IMG/VR virus record: IMGVR_UViG_3300017565_000003 | Length of the DNA stretch: 64,000 nt | Direction: 5' to 3' (one strand) | From: a virus | In this document: piece by piece, positions 1 to 9,550 of the stretch | Position numbering within the stretch: the stretch's first letter is position 1 | How the letters are laid out: every line of letters starts with the position of its first letter | The notes under the pieces: generated by a model | Told to the model about the DNA's origin: nothing | The model's database searches: none | Seen by the model: only the letters and a program-made list of their open reading frames with translations | Program-made: the position numbers and the translations under genes

Positions 1-1
1 T

Positions 2-352
2 ATTTACTGTCAGATTAAACTTAGTCAACTGGTCAGTCAGCGGATCAAATGTTTTAGTGAATTTAACTTCACCAAATTGCTTATAATGATCTAATACTCT
101 GTTGAAGTCTTTTTCAAGTTTTTTGATTCCCGATGTATCAAATTCAGGTTTAATTGGGGAAGAGGGTGCTTGTAAACCATTTAATTGGTCTTGTATCTTT
201 TTAACCTTCTTAGCAATATCCTCAATTTGAGAATCATTTACGTTGATGTTAAAATTTAATGACTTTCCAATTTCTTTTAGTTGTTTATTTATGGACTTTG
301 TTGTTGATGCTTCATCTAGCATCCCGTTTATAAGTATCCTCAAGTCGGCCAT
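2..352 (-). CDS. Tail tape-measure protein, N-terminus (runs off window)
   Basis: Open frame from ATG at 352 with AAAGGAGTGG RBS: MADLRILINGMLDEASTTKSINKQLKEIGK..., coiled-coil character, at the YomI position of the tail module. Confidence 0.6.
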   Translation of the reverse strand, partial: MADLRILINGMLDEASTTKSINKQLKEIGKSLNFNINVNDSQIEDIAKKVKKIQDQLNGLQAPSSPIKPEFDTSGIKKLEKDFNRVLDHYKQFGEVKFTKTFDPLTDQLTKFNLTVN

Positions 353-380
353 AAAACCACTCCTTTCTAAAATTTACATA

Positions 381-411
381 ATAAAAAGGAGTACCTGATT
401 GGCACTCCTTG
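381..411 (-). terminator. Intrinsic terminator
   Basis: AAAAAGGAGT-acctgattggc-ACTCCTT hairpin with U-tract on minus strand, after the 429..1127 gene. Confidence 0.6.
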
Positions 412-428
412 AGTATCGTTGTATTTAA

Positions 429-1127
429 TTATTGAATTTGTTTTTCTTCCTGTTGCTTGATGATAATTGAAATTGTTTTATGAAGTTCATAAGCAGTATT
501 GTATATTTGCTTGTAGATAGGAGAGTCTTTTTCAAATTCCTCTCTGTCATCCTTAATAGGGAAGGTGAGAACAGGATTATTTAAATCATTCAGCACAATT
601 CTAATATCTATAGATTTAACAGCTTCTTTAGATTTTTGATTACCACTAAGTCCTCCGACAATTGCTCCAACCCCACCTGCTAAAGCACCTCCAACAGCAG
701 CACCGACAACTTGTGAACTTCTTGAAGTCTTGGTTAGGGTACTACCATTTTCCATTAAATGAGATTCAACGATATCTTTATAGTCAATAGCTTTAACATT
801 AAATGAAGGGGAGTTGTTGAATAAATATAGAATTCCTTCACTATGAGAAAAAGTAATATTATTGTAGTTAGTTGTGGAAAAATCACTTCTATCAACTTTA
901 ATTTCATGTTCTTTTAGGTAATCATTTACAGATTTAATGAAATTATCTCGGTTTTCTTCTCCTGTGAATTTGTCGTAACTTAACATAGCAACAAATAAAC
1001 CTAGCGCAATCATTTCGGAATACCAAAATAATGTGTCTAGTTCAATAAGAATAAAGACTATACCTAATATCATAAAGGATAAAAATCCTAATAAAAGTAA
1101 TTTACGAGCTTTTGACAATATTATCAC
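429..1127 (-). CDS. Membrane protein with glycine zipper; possible superinfection-immunity protein (YomJ-like position)
   Basis: Two N-terminal TM segments, GAAVGGALAGGVGAIVGG motif; lies just upstream of tape measure. Confidence 0.5.
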   Translation of the reverse strand: MIILSKARKLLLLGFLSFMILGIVFILIELDTLFWYSEMIALGLFVAMLSYDKFTGEENRDNFIKSVNDYLKEHEIKVDRSDFSTTNYNNITFSHSEGILYLFNNSPSFNVKAIDYKDIVESHLMENGSTLTKTSRSSQVVGAAVGGALAGGVGAIVGGLSGNQKSKEAVKSIDIRIVLNDLNNPVLTFPIKDDREEFEKDSPIYKQIYNTAYELHKTISIIIKQQEEKQIQ

Positions 1128-1181
1128 CTCTTGGTAATTTTAGCTATATTATAGCATATGTACCAAGAGGACTAAAGATAC

Positions 1182-2714
1182 TTATGAAACTTCAATTAAT
1201 TTAATACTACTTTTTATTTTTTCTTTATATTTATTAAATTCATTTATATCTTCTGGATATATTGATATTAAATTGACATTATTTTCTTCACATATCTTAA
1301 TTTTTTCTAATACTTTTCTAGAGTATTTTCCCACCCAAGTATCATGATGAATGTATTTTTCATCAAATAATCCAAAGTACTCAATGCATATATTTGAATT
1401 TGGTAGATACCAGTCAAACCTTTTCTTAGTTTTATCAGTTATAATTAACTCTGAATATGGATATTCTTTAATGTATTTAATTTGGTTATCAATTAAGTAA
1501 TTTGTAATTATCATTTCACTGTATGATCTGCAAACATCACCGTTATTATCTATGCAAGTATAACCCATACCTAGAGAATGAGAAGCTAAGTCTTCTGCAT
1601 AATCTATATCTAATGTATCCCAAACAACTCTCAAATCTCCGAATCTATTTTTATATGTAGCATAATTACAAACAGACTCTTCGTTGTTTAAATCTTCTCT
1701 CAAGGGTATTCTATTTAATTTATCGTAAAGATTTTTATAATCAGCTAATAACTCTTCGTCTGATTTATGTTTTGGTCTTACATAATCTAATTCCCAACCC
1801 AGGTCTTCTAACATTTCTGAAAAAGGCTTATTAAAGGCTCTGGTATACTGTTTAAATTCAGAAAGACCATTTTCAGTTAAATCTTTAATCATGGGCGTTC
1901 TACCGAGTTTTTCCTTTAAATCTATTAATTCCTTAAGCAATAATTCTTTAGACTTTTTAAGTTGATTGGCTTCACCAATATACTCTTTGCAGATTTCCGC
2001 AAACCGTTTTCCTACATTAGATTCTAGTGCTTTTCTGTTTAAAAAAGGAGTTCCTTTGACAATTTCATCATATTGACTCGCTGTTGGAGCTTTACCAATC
2101 TTATTATACAATTCAATTAATCTATTAATTGATTCTTCCATTAACCTTTCTTTTCCATAGGTATATTCCACACCGACTAATCCAGATTCATAGAGAGCAT
2201 TATTAAAATTACCAAACTTAAATAGAAACCAATTCTTATTGATACCGTATTCTTTTTCTATGTATGTTGCTGTTGGAATTTTATTTGTTTTATCATATAA
2301 GTCTTTGATGAACTTTATGCCATCTTCTTTAGTTTTAAGATCGTGCATATTTCTATTTGGTGGAAGATTTAATTCTTTCAACATATCTTCCCAACTACTC
2401 CAGAATTTTCTTATGATACTGCTTTTATATTTAATTTCGTTATAATAAGGCGATCTGTTATGTTTTTGATAAAATTCCATAACAGATTCAACTACATTCT
2501 CTTTTGAAAACTCTCTAATCATGTTTAATTCAAATCCGGACTTCAGTAGAGCATTATTCCAACTTCCGAAATACTTAGCGAAAGTTTTATGTTTCGGAAG
2601 ACTATCACATATTTTTAAATCCTCGACTCTTGGTGTTCTTCCTAGTGATAATCCAAGCTCTTTCAAACCGTTAATTAAGTATTCGTCAGTGTATTTTCTT
2701 CTACTCATCCACAT
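1182..2714 (-). CDS. Homing-endonuclease-associated repeat protein with C-terminal PD-(D/E)xK nuclease
   Basis: Repeated LGRTP...FGSWNNAL-type modules; C-terminus CRSYSE...RFDWYL...IEYFG. Confidence 0.75.
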   Translation of the reverse strand: MWMSRRKYTDEYLINGLKELGLSLGRTPRVEDLKICDSLPKHKTFAKYFGSWNNALLKSGFELNMIREFSKENVVESVMEFYQKHNRSPYYNEIKYKSSIIRKFWSSWEDMLKELNLPPNRNMHDLKTKEDGIKFIKDLYDKTNKIPTATYIEKEYGINKNWFLFKFGNFNNALYESGLVGVEYTYGKERLMEESINRLIELYNKIGKAPTASQYDEIVKGTPFLNRKALESNVGKRFAEICKEYIGEANQLKKSKELLLKELIDLKEKLGRTPMIKDLTENGLSEFKQYTRAFNKPFSEMLEDLGWELDYVRPKHKSDEELLADYKNLYDKLNRIPLREDLNNEESVCNYATYKNRFGDLRVVWDTLDIDYAEDLASHSLGMGYTCIDNNGDVCRSYSEMIITNYLIDNQIKYIKEYPYSELIITDKTKKRFDWYLPNSNICIEYFGLFDEKYIHHDTWVGKYSRKVLEKIKICEENNVNLISIYPEDINEFNKYKEKIKSSIKLIEVS

Positions 2715-2858
2715 TCACTCCCACTACAAAATTTCTCCCCACATACAATTCAAAATCGGCAGACAAAGAGGGTAGGGAGGTGAACATTCTACTTTCTTCA
2801 CAGGTAGCTAATCCATGCCGCATCATCTGCCAAGTTACCGAACAATTAATCTATGTAT

Positions 2859-3059
2859 CTATTCATCATCACCGAAAAACTTATCCCAATCAACATTCAC
2901 ATTATGTATTTTCATCTTATTTAACATTTCTTTGCTAAAGTTATTATCATTCACCTTATAACCAGCTTGCAACATTGCTAATTCCTCTGAATTTTCATTA
3001 GTCACAATAGAAACATCAAGGGTTATCGTTCCGTACACTTCATTTCTCATTTTAACCAT
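2859..3059 (-). CDS. Hypothetical protein
   Basis: 66-aa ORF with AGGAG RBS. Confidence 0.55.
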   Translation of the reverse strand: MVKMRNEVYGTITLDVSIVTNENSEELAMLQAGYKVNDNNFSKEMLNKMKIHNVNVDWDKFFGDDE

Positions 3060-3252
3060 CTCCTAGTATTGTAATCTATGTATTTACCAGTTGTTGTTAA
3101 TTACATACTACATGAAGGTTCATGAACTGTCAATAAGGTTAATGAAAAAATAAATGTAAAAAATTTTATTCACTATTGAATAATGAATAGGGAAATGGTA
3201 AATTTAACTTAGAGAGTTATTGAACGTTCATTATGTTTTAGGGAGAGATTAA

Positions 3253-3438
3253 ATGAGTTTAAAAAATAGATCTCAATTTAGCAGCACATTGGATAATGAA
3301 CTAAAAGATAGATTAAAACAACTATCTGACGAAACTGATGTTCCGATTTCCAAATTATTAGATCAAGCTGTCAAAATGCTTCTAGAAAAAAGAGGAGCAG
3401 GTAGAGATAGCGAACGTACATTAGGTGAAAATAATTAA
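3253..3438 (+). CDS. Ribbon-helix-helix DNA-binding protein
   Basis: RSQFSSTLDNELKDRLKQLSDETDVPISKLLDQAVKMLL is a typical RHH strand-helix-helix; own RBS and downstream terminator. Confidence 0.8.
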   Translation: MSLKNRSQFSSTLDNELKDRLKQLSDETDVPISKLLDQAVKMLLEKRGAGRDSERTLGENN

Positions 3439-3626
3439 TCCTCATAAACACAAGAAGCTGCTCAATTATTCGAGTGGCTTTTTCTATTCACAAAGGTAAA
3501 GAGAGAGGAGAGGTCAAAAAATAAAAAAGGGGAGTACTGTTGTACAGGCAGACACTCCGAATGTTTTGGGCTAATAGTAAACATAATCACTATTAGGTTG
3601 CAACCAAATTATTAATTACGTTTATT

Positions 3627-5015
3627 TTATTTATATAAGAAACTAAATATTTCGTCAAGCGATTTTTCTCTTAAGTCAGAAGGGTAGATGACTAGATAAC
3701 TCAAGTCTGCTAAATCAAGCATATGTATTTTATCATTTAAATCTTTTTTATATTTTTCTCTAATAAAGTCATCTTTATTTTTATTAACCTTTGAATAATC
3801 TAACATTCCTGCAACTTCTATATAGTAAAGCTTATTGTAGTGATTAATTACGTAATCACAATCCTTTAATCCTTCATAGCAATCAATGAAGTCACTGTAT
3901 AAGATATTGCGGTTATAATTGACTTTTTTATCTCTTAAATAATTGCTTACTTCAAATTCAAATTTACTTGTTACTATTTCTCCATCTTCGTATTCATAAA
4001 CCATACCCATTCCTGCTTTATTACACTTAAATCCTATTGATTTTATATAATCGCACAGAGTCATATTTAATTCTTTTTTAAACCATCGGTCATATGTTCC
4101 AGCAGTCAAACACCGTTCACTTACATTGACATCTTCTCTTGAGATAATATCTCTGTTTTCAGTTTCTTTTATATATAAACACAATTTGTCAATATCTTCT
4201 TTTAATTCTTCAATAGATCTAGTCTTGTCTTTCATTATTTCTTGATTTATTTCAAATCCTAAATCCATAAGCATGTTGTTGAAATTTCCCCAGTGATTAT
4301 AAATAGTAGCAATGCCAATCTCATCATCTTTTGGAAATTCAAAGTCTGATTTTTTAAGATTTCTATTAACTTCCTTATGTTTCTTTAAAATGGCTTTAAT
4401 TGTATATTCTTTTGAAACTTTATAGCTAGGTTTTAGTCCTAAGTAGTTAATGAATTGGTTGTAGTCATTAACATTTTCATCAGGACAATATCTTACAAAC
4501 CATCTTCCATTTGGTAATCCATATGTATTATTTATTAAATCATACGAAGTTAAAGCTCTACCAATTTCTTTGCTAATATCTATAAATCTTTTACAATATG
4601 AATCATAGTCATTTTTATCCAATATGTGATTTCTGCCATATTTACTGTAAAACTCTTTAAACTTATCGCCACAAATAATTTTCAATCTGTCCCAAGTTGG
4701 CAGATTGCTGTCTCTTGCACAATCCTCAGCAACGGGATATTTACCGTTTTCTTCAAAATATTTCTCCCATAGTAAACATAGATCATTATAAGTGAAATGT
4801 GCAAACGGAGACTGCTTGTAGATAACCGTAAAACCTTTTCCTTCTAGAAATTCCCGATATCCTGAATATCCATTTTCTCTAAAAATAATTCTCAATGTGG
4901 TTGACGAAGGTAGGGCATTATTATTTTTAATTTGCTCTTGACTTGGTATTTTATTTAATTCTGTTGAAAACTCAATTAATTTTTCACATATTTCTATAAA
5001 GTTATATTCTCTCAC
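3627..5015 (-). CDS. Repeat-containing free-standing endonuclease (PD-(D/E)xK C-terminus)
   Basis: HWGNFNNML-type repeats; C-terminus TSKFE...CDYVI...YIEVAG; same architecture as 1182..2714. Confidence 0.7.
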   Translation of the reverse strand: MREYNFIEICEKLIEFSTELNKIPSQEQIKNNNALPSSTTLRIIFRENGYSGYREFLEGKGFTVIYKQSPFAHFTYNDLCLLWEKYFEENGKYPVAEDCARDSNLPTWDRLKIICGDKFKEFYSKYGRNHILDKNDYDSYCKRFIDISKEIGRALTSYDLINNTYGLPNGRWFVRYCPDENVNDYNQFINYLGLKPSYKVSKEYTIKAILKKHKEVNRNLKKSDFEFPKDDEIGIATIYNHWGNFNNMLMDLGFEINQEIMKDKTRSIEELKEDIDKLCLYIKETENRDIISREDVNVSERCLTAGTYDRWFKKELNMTLCDYIKSIGFKCNKAGMGMVYEYEDGEIVTSKFEFEVSNYLRDKKVNYNRNILYSDFIDCYEGLKDCDYVINHYNKLYYIEVAGMLDYSKVNKNKDDFIREKYKKDLNDKIHMLDLADLSYLVIYPSDLREKSLDEIFSFLYK

Positions 5016-5090
5016 TTAATTACTCCTTTCAAAACACAAAAAGACAACCAGAAGTTCTGATTGTCTAATAACTGTTTAATTTATTTTTAA

Positions 5091-6080
5091 TTACCAATCT
5101 AAATCATCTAACTCATCTTCAAAATCACGTAAATCATATATAGCCGTGGTTTCAAGGCTCTCGTGTTGTGCAAATTTCTTACTAACTATTTCAGGCTTCA
5201 TTCCCGATGATAATAATCTTGTAACCAATGATGACTTAAAACTGTGAGCATTGATACGTCTGCCTACAATATCAGACAATACCTCGTCACAGAAATAACT
5301 AGCCCATGATTCCGACATTTGTTTTGGCTCTCCACCGTACATAGTAGTGAAAACATATTCATGTTCATATCCACGAACTTCTACCCATTGCTTCATGTAT
5401 TTAATCGCTTCAAGGTTAAGATAATAGTTTACTTTCTTTCCCTCACCTTTACCTTTTGCAGTTATTAAATTTGATTTGACATAATTTTTACCATTTGCAT
5501 CTTGGTAAATTGCTGATGTTTTAATTTGAATTAACTCTGCTTTTCTGGCTCCAACATTAAATGCTGTAGCTAACCACGCCATACCAAGATAGTTTTTATC
5601 TTTTTCAAGCGTACTCATCATTAACTCATATTCATCTACGGTAATTTCTTTCTTTTGATAAGTTTGTGTTTTGGGGATTGAAGGAAGGCCGCGTGTAAAG
5701 TTTCGAAACTTTTCAAATCTTTTGTCGTCATCAGCAACGATATTCTCTATATAATTACAAAGACTAGAAACTGTTGCTTTCTTTAGTCCGATTGCACTTG
5801 AAGACATATTTCTATTTTTCAAGAAACTTATGTATCTAAGAAAATCACGCTTACTAATTTCATATAAAGGCTTATCATTCAAAGAGTTATGTACCCACCA
5901 GAAAAATTGCCTCAACGAACTGGTATACTGTTTCCTTGATTTAGGTCTAAAAGAATTTGAATCAAGATATTCGGACAGTAAGTCTCTGTGTTCAGCATCA
6001 ACTTTATTCCACATTTCCTCAGTAACCTCTGGTAATCTTAGGGCACGTTCACGGAGCATGTTCTTTTCAATTTTACTCAA
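5091..6080 (-). CDS. Tyrosine recombinase, YomM-like
   Basis: SAM-like N-terminus; GARKAEL (R), KGKG (K), HSFK (HxxR variant), QHES (H), TAIYD (Y). Confidence 0.85.
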   Translation of the reverse strand: MSKIEKNMLRERALRLPEVTEEMWNKVDAEHRDLLSEYLDSNSFRPKSRKQYTSSLRQFFWWVHNSLNDKPLYEISKRDFLRYISFLKNRNMSSSAIGLKKATVSSLCNYIENIVADDDKRFEKFRNFTRGLPSIPKTQTYQKKEITVDEYELMMSTLEKDKNYLGMAWLATAFNVGARKAELIQIKTSAIYQDANGKNYVKSNLITAKGKGEGKKVNYYLNLEAIKYMKQWVEVRGYEHEYVFTTMYGGEPKQMSESWASYFCDEVLSDIVGRRINAHSFKSSLVTRLLSSGMKPEIVSKKFAQHESLETTAIYDLRDFEDELDDLDW

Positions 6081-6102
6081 TAATCATTCACCACCATTAT
6101 GT

Positions 6103-6528
6103 TTATTTTGTTTTTATGCCTATACTGTTAAGGTCTTTTTCTAAACTCTCAGCTAGTTTATTATTGTTTCTTAGCGCTTCACGAGTATTTTCAACGAAAG
6201 GACGAGGAGTATTACTGTATTCGAATTCATACTCATAATTTCGGCCATACTCAACCGTATCAACAATATCCTTACCTGTGTCCTCATCTCGTCTAGTATT
6301 AAATACAGCAATCCCATTAGGAGTGTTTTCACTTTCCCAGGATTCCTTTAACTGACCAGTACGTTCATATTGAACAGGATCTGGATATACATCGTACACC
6401 GTTTCTTGAACTTGATTTCTACCTTCAGCAATAACAGTTTGCTTAACATTGCTGTTAGATTTCTGCATAGCCTTAGCAGCTAATTTTTCAATCTCTTTAG
6501 CCAATTCCTTCATATTTTTAGCGACCAT
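6103..6528 (-). CDS. Tail completion/neck protein (YomN / HK97-gp10-like)
   Basis: YERTGQLKES and PRPFVENT motifs; synteny. Confidence 0.65.
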   Translation of the reverse strand: MVAKNMKELAKEIEKLAAKAMQKSNSNVKQTVIAEGRNQVQETVYDVYPDPVQYERTGQLKESWESENTPNGIAVFNTRRDEDTGKDIVDTVEYGRNYEYEFEYSNTPRPFVENTREALRNNNKLAESLEKDLNSIGIKTK

Positions 6529-6544
6529 TACATATCAACTCCAA

Positions 6545-7057
6545 TTAGACTTCTGGAATTTGCTTCTGTTTACCAAGAATAATTTCACGATTCTCTAAAG
6601 GTAGCTCCTGAATTTCTTTCTGAACTCGCTTAATCTCATTACTCAACTTATCATCTAATTCAGCAATCTCATAAATTTTGTCATATAAATAGGACATTGA
6701 TTCTTGAGGAAATTGCTTTAAAATAAATTCAGCAACTTTACTGTTTAACACTTCTTTAATTTCTTTATAGATGTAATCTGCTTTTTTACTAGTAGTCATG
6801 CTAACATCAGTAAAGTGCTTGATTACGTAATAACCGATTATATCTGATCCAGCAATCTCAATTTCCACTTTTTCTTTTTTGGCTAAACTTAGGAAAGAGT
6901 AGAAATCATCCCTTAAATCTGCAACTTTTTGCGGAGAGAAAAAGGGATAAATTTTAATTTCATGCGGTTCACCATTTACATCAATATCAATGGAAACCGA
7001 TTCTTTATAACGCTTATTGTCATTTTTAATATGACTAATAGTTAATTTCTTACTCAA
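6545..7057 (-). CDS. Putative tail assembly chaperone (YomO-like)
   Basis: Position downstream of tail tube; size. Confidence 0.45.
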   Translation of the reverse strand: MSKKLTISHIKNDNKRYKESVSIDIDVNGEPHEIKIYPFFSPQKVADLRDDFYSFLSLAKKEKVEIEIAGSDIIGYYVIKHFTDVSMTTSKKADYIYKEIKEVLNSKVAEFILKQFPQESMSYLYDKIYEIAELDDKLSNEIKRVQKEIQELPLENREIILGKQKQIPEV

Positions 7058-7211
7058 ATGTATCTCCTCCTTTTATTCCATGAAACAAGTCTTTTATTGA
7101 AATTTTTTTTAAAAAAAATAGGAGCAGGGGATTAACCTACTCTTGGGTATATTGTTTATTATTTAGTTGCGCATTCTAAATAATAAAAGGAGACACAGAC
7201 GGTCTCCACTA

Positions 7212-7460
7212 TTACTTTAACGGTAATAATTTGATTGAATGAACATCTTCAATCTTACCAGTATATTCAACTATAATTGTACGTCCTTTAGTAAAATGTG
7301 CTTTTTGTTCAATTGTTAGTGATTTATCAAAGTAAGCACGAATTCGCCATCCCTGAATATTAACAATTACACCATTTTCTTCTACTTCATGAACATCTAA
7401 TTCAATTTTATTTACCACAGGTTCTTTTGTAGTAGTTGTAGCCACTTTCCACACCTCCAA
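7212..7460 (-). CDS. Hypothetical phage protein
   Basis: 82-aa ORF in tail module. Confidence 0.5.
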   Translation of the reverse strand: MEVWKVATTTTKEPVVNKIELDVHEVEENGVIVNIQGWRIRAYFDKSLTIEQKAHFTKGRTIIVEYTGKIEDVHSIKLLPLK

Positions 7461-7503
7461 AATAGAGAAGGGGAGAGTGTCCCCTAATTGTTAAGTTTAC
7501 TTA

Positions 7504-8289
7504 TTAAACGATTGCTGAATCATCATAAACCACTAGTTCCCACATGTCTGTGTTTACTGGTGACTTTAGAATTTCCATGTTTAAGTCTAGTGCAGCAGGA
7601 TCTCCGTCTGCTGAGAATGAAAGGTTAAAGTTATCTTCGAACTTAGCATTTGGTACACGTAATTGTCCTTCAAATGCTTCTTTAGTAAACTCATCAACAA
7701 CTAGAACATCCATTACAACACGGAATGATTTACCGAATTGATCAGATGTAACTTTGATTGTTTTAGCATCAGTAGCAGTGTTTGCTTGGTAGTAAACTCT
7801 GAATTGAGTTCCATTTGCTACAGCAGTATTGAAAGTTAAATCTTTACCAGTTACTGAATATTCTTTTGGATTAGAAGCAGGAGTTCCAAGAGTGAATTCT
7901 TCACCATTAGTACCGTCTGGATTTAATTTAAATACAGATACGATTGCACCAGAAGGAGTTTTACTTAGAGTCACTTTATTGGAAGTTACAGATTGCACTT
8001 CATGTAAATCTACTTTTTTAATACCTGCAACAAGGTCGTTACCTGTTAACATTGCAACTGCTTCGTTATCAAAAATAGCGTCTTGTAAAGTTAAACGAGC
8101 TTGACGGTTAGATGAGAAACCGATTAAACGTGCATTACCACGACCACCTTGAGCGTAAACTGTTTCACCAGTTGTTTCTACTCCAGATGTTTTTAAAGTT
8201 GTTAGTGTAACAATTGCTTTGCCAGTTGATAAGTCATAGAATGAAACTTCACCAGCTTCACGAATTGCCCAACGATTAGGTGTAGCCAT
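7504..8289 (-). CDS. Major tail tube protein (YomU-like)
   Basis: Likely start MATPNRW at 8289 (GGAGG RBS); VYAQGGRGNARL and FSADGDPA motifs; highly expressed codon usage. Confidence 0.75.
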   Translation of the reverse strand: MATPNRWAIREAGEVSFYDLSTGKAIVTLTTLKTSGVETTGETVYAQGGRGNARLIGFSSNRQARLTLQDAIFDNEAVAMLTGNDLVAGIKKVDLHEVQSVTSNKVTLSKTPSGAIVSVFKLNPDGTNGEEFTLGTPASNPKEYSVTGKDLTFNTAVANGTQFRVYYQANTATDAKTIKVTSDQFGKSFRVVMDVLVVDEFTKEAFEGQLRVPNAKFEDNFNLSFSADGDPAALDLNMEILKSPVNTDMWELVVYDDSAIV

Positions 8290-8312
8290 ATTATAATCAT
8301 CCTCCAAATTGT

Positions 8313-9044
8313 TTATTTTGCTTTTATGATATTTGCCCAATTGATATCGGACAGTTTAATGCCTTTAGAATCAATGTTTCCTGTGTATATACCTGTAAGT
8401 GTGTAATGATAGTTATCCATGCTTTCTAATCTCATGAATGCATCATATAATTGATATATTGTCAGATTAAGAACATCTTCAATTCCGATTGTCTTCCAAC
8501 CGATAGCAGAAATCATACTATGTAAGTTTTGCTTTGGTTTAATCTTCGGAGCCTGTTCTTTTTTCTTCTTTAACTTTTCCATGAATTTTCTAGCACGTTC
8601 ATTACCAGGTATAATTTCTTCTTCATCTTTCTTTTCCTCTATGAAATTACCAATCTTTACAACTTTCTTAATCAAGTCCCATTTTTCTTCAGATAAAACA
8701 CTATCTTCACTTGGTTCTCCAAAATAAACAATACCATCTTCATAGCTAGGTTTTTCGCCAAACACCATTTCCAAAGCATTTAAAAAAAAATCCCTAAAGG
8801 AATCCTGATGGTAAAGAAACGATATTAAAATTTCGTAATCAGAGTGTCTGTCCATTTCTTCTGAAGTCTCATTAAGACTGTCTTTACTGAATAATAAATA
8901 AGAGAGGTAAGCGCTATGTAAAGATTCATTAATAGATATTATTTGTCTAAGAGAAGGGAGTTGTATATGTCCAATCCCATTTATTTCAATTGGAACATTT
9001 GCCAATAGCTTTAGGTGAATATCATCTCGTGTTATTTCAAACAT
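8313..9044 (-). CDS. Phage tail-region protein (YomV-like)
   Basis: LTIYQLYDAF...GIYTG C-terminal motif; synteny. Confidence 0.55.
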   Translation of the reverse strand: MFEITRDDIHLKLLANVPIEINGIGHIQLPSLRQIISINESLHSAYLSYLLFSKDSLNETSEEMDRHSDYEILISFLYHQDSFRDFFLNALEMVFGEKPSYEDGIVYFGEPSEDSVLSEEKWDLIKKVVKIGNFIEEKKDEEEIIPGNERARKFMEKLKKKKEQAPKIKPKQNLHSMISAIGWKTIGIEDVLNLTIYQLYDAFMRLESMDNYHYTLTGIYTGNIDSKGIKLSDINWANIIKAK

Positions 9045-9055
9045 AATATCACACC

Positions 9056-9547
9056 CTAATGGTTCTCACTTACAAATTCATAAGTATATTTATATCCTAA
9101 GTAACCACTTGGAGGATTACCAATGATAAACATACGATCTGATTTGATATTGCTGAATCCTGTTACATGTTGATTATGTAAGATTTCATTCAACCTATCT
9201 GCAATAAGAAGAGATCGAGCATCATTCATTTCAAATGTATCAATATGAGTATAAATATCAAAAACAACATCTTGAAATGCAAACTTTGTAGCGCTCTTTG
9301 TATTATCTCTATTCCCAAAATACATACAAATCCTACAAATCTTCTTATTAGCTTCACTCTGAATATCATCAGTCTTAGGTGCTCTTAGAATCCTATCTTT
9401 CCTAATTTCATAGAAATTTGGTAAGCTCCTTACATTAGCCTTCTCAGCACTCAATGGATTATCAGCATAATACAACAATCTCAACAATTCCTCATCATTA
9501 GCAATAACCATAAATATATCTACTAAATTCTGTGCTAATCTACTCAA
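9056..9547 (-). CDS. Putative tail terminator / head-tail protein (YomW-like)
   Basis: DEELLRLLYY motif; synteny. Confidence 0.55.
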   Translation of the reverse strand: MSRLAQNLVDIFMVIANDEELLRLLYYADNPLSAEKANVRSLPNFYEIRKDRILRAPKTDDIQSEANKKICRICMYFGNRDNTKSATKFAFQDVVFDIYTHIDTFEMNDARSLLIADRLNEILHNQHVTGFSNIKSDRMFIIGNPPSGYLGYKYTYEFVSENH

Positions 9548-9550
9548 TCA

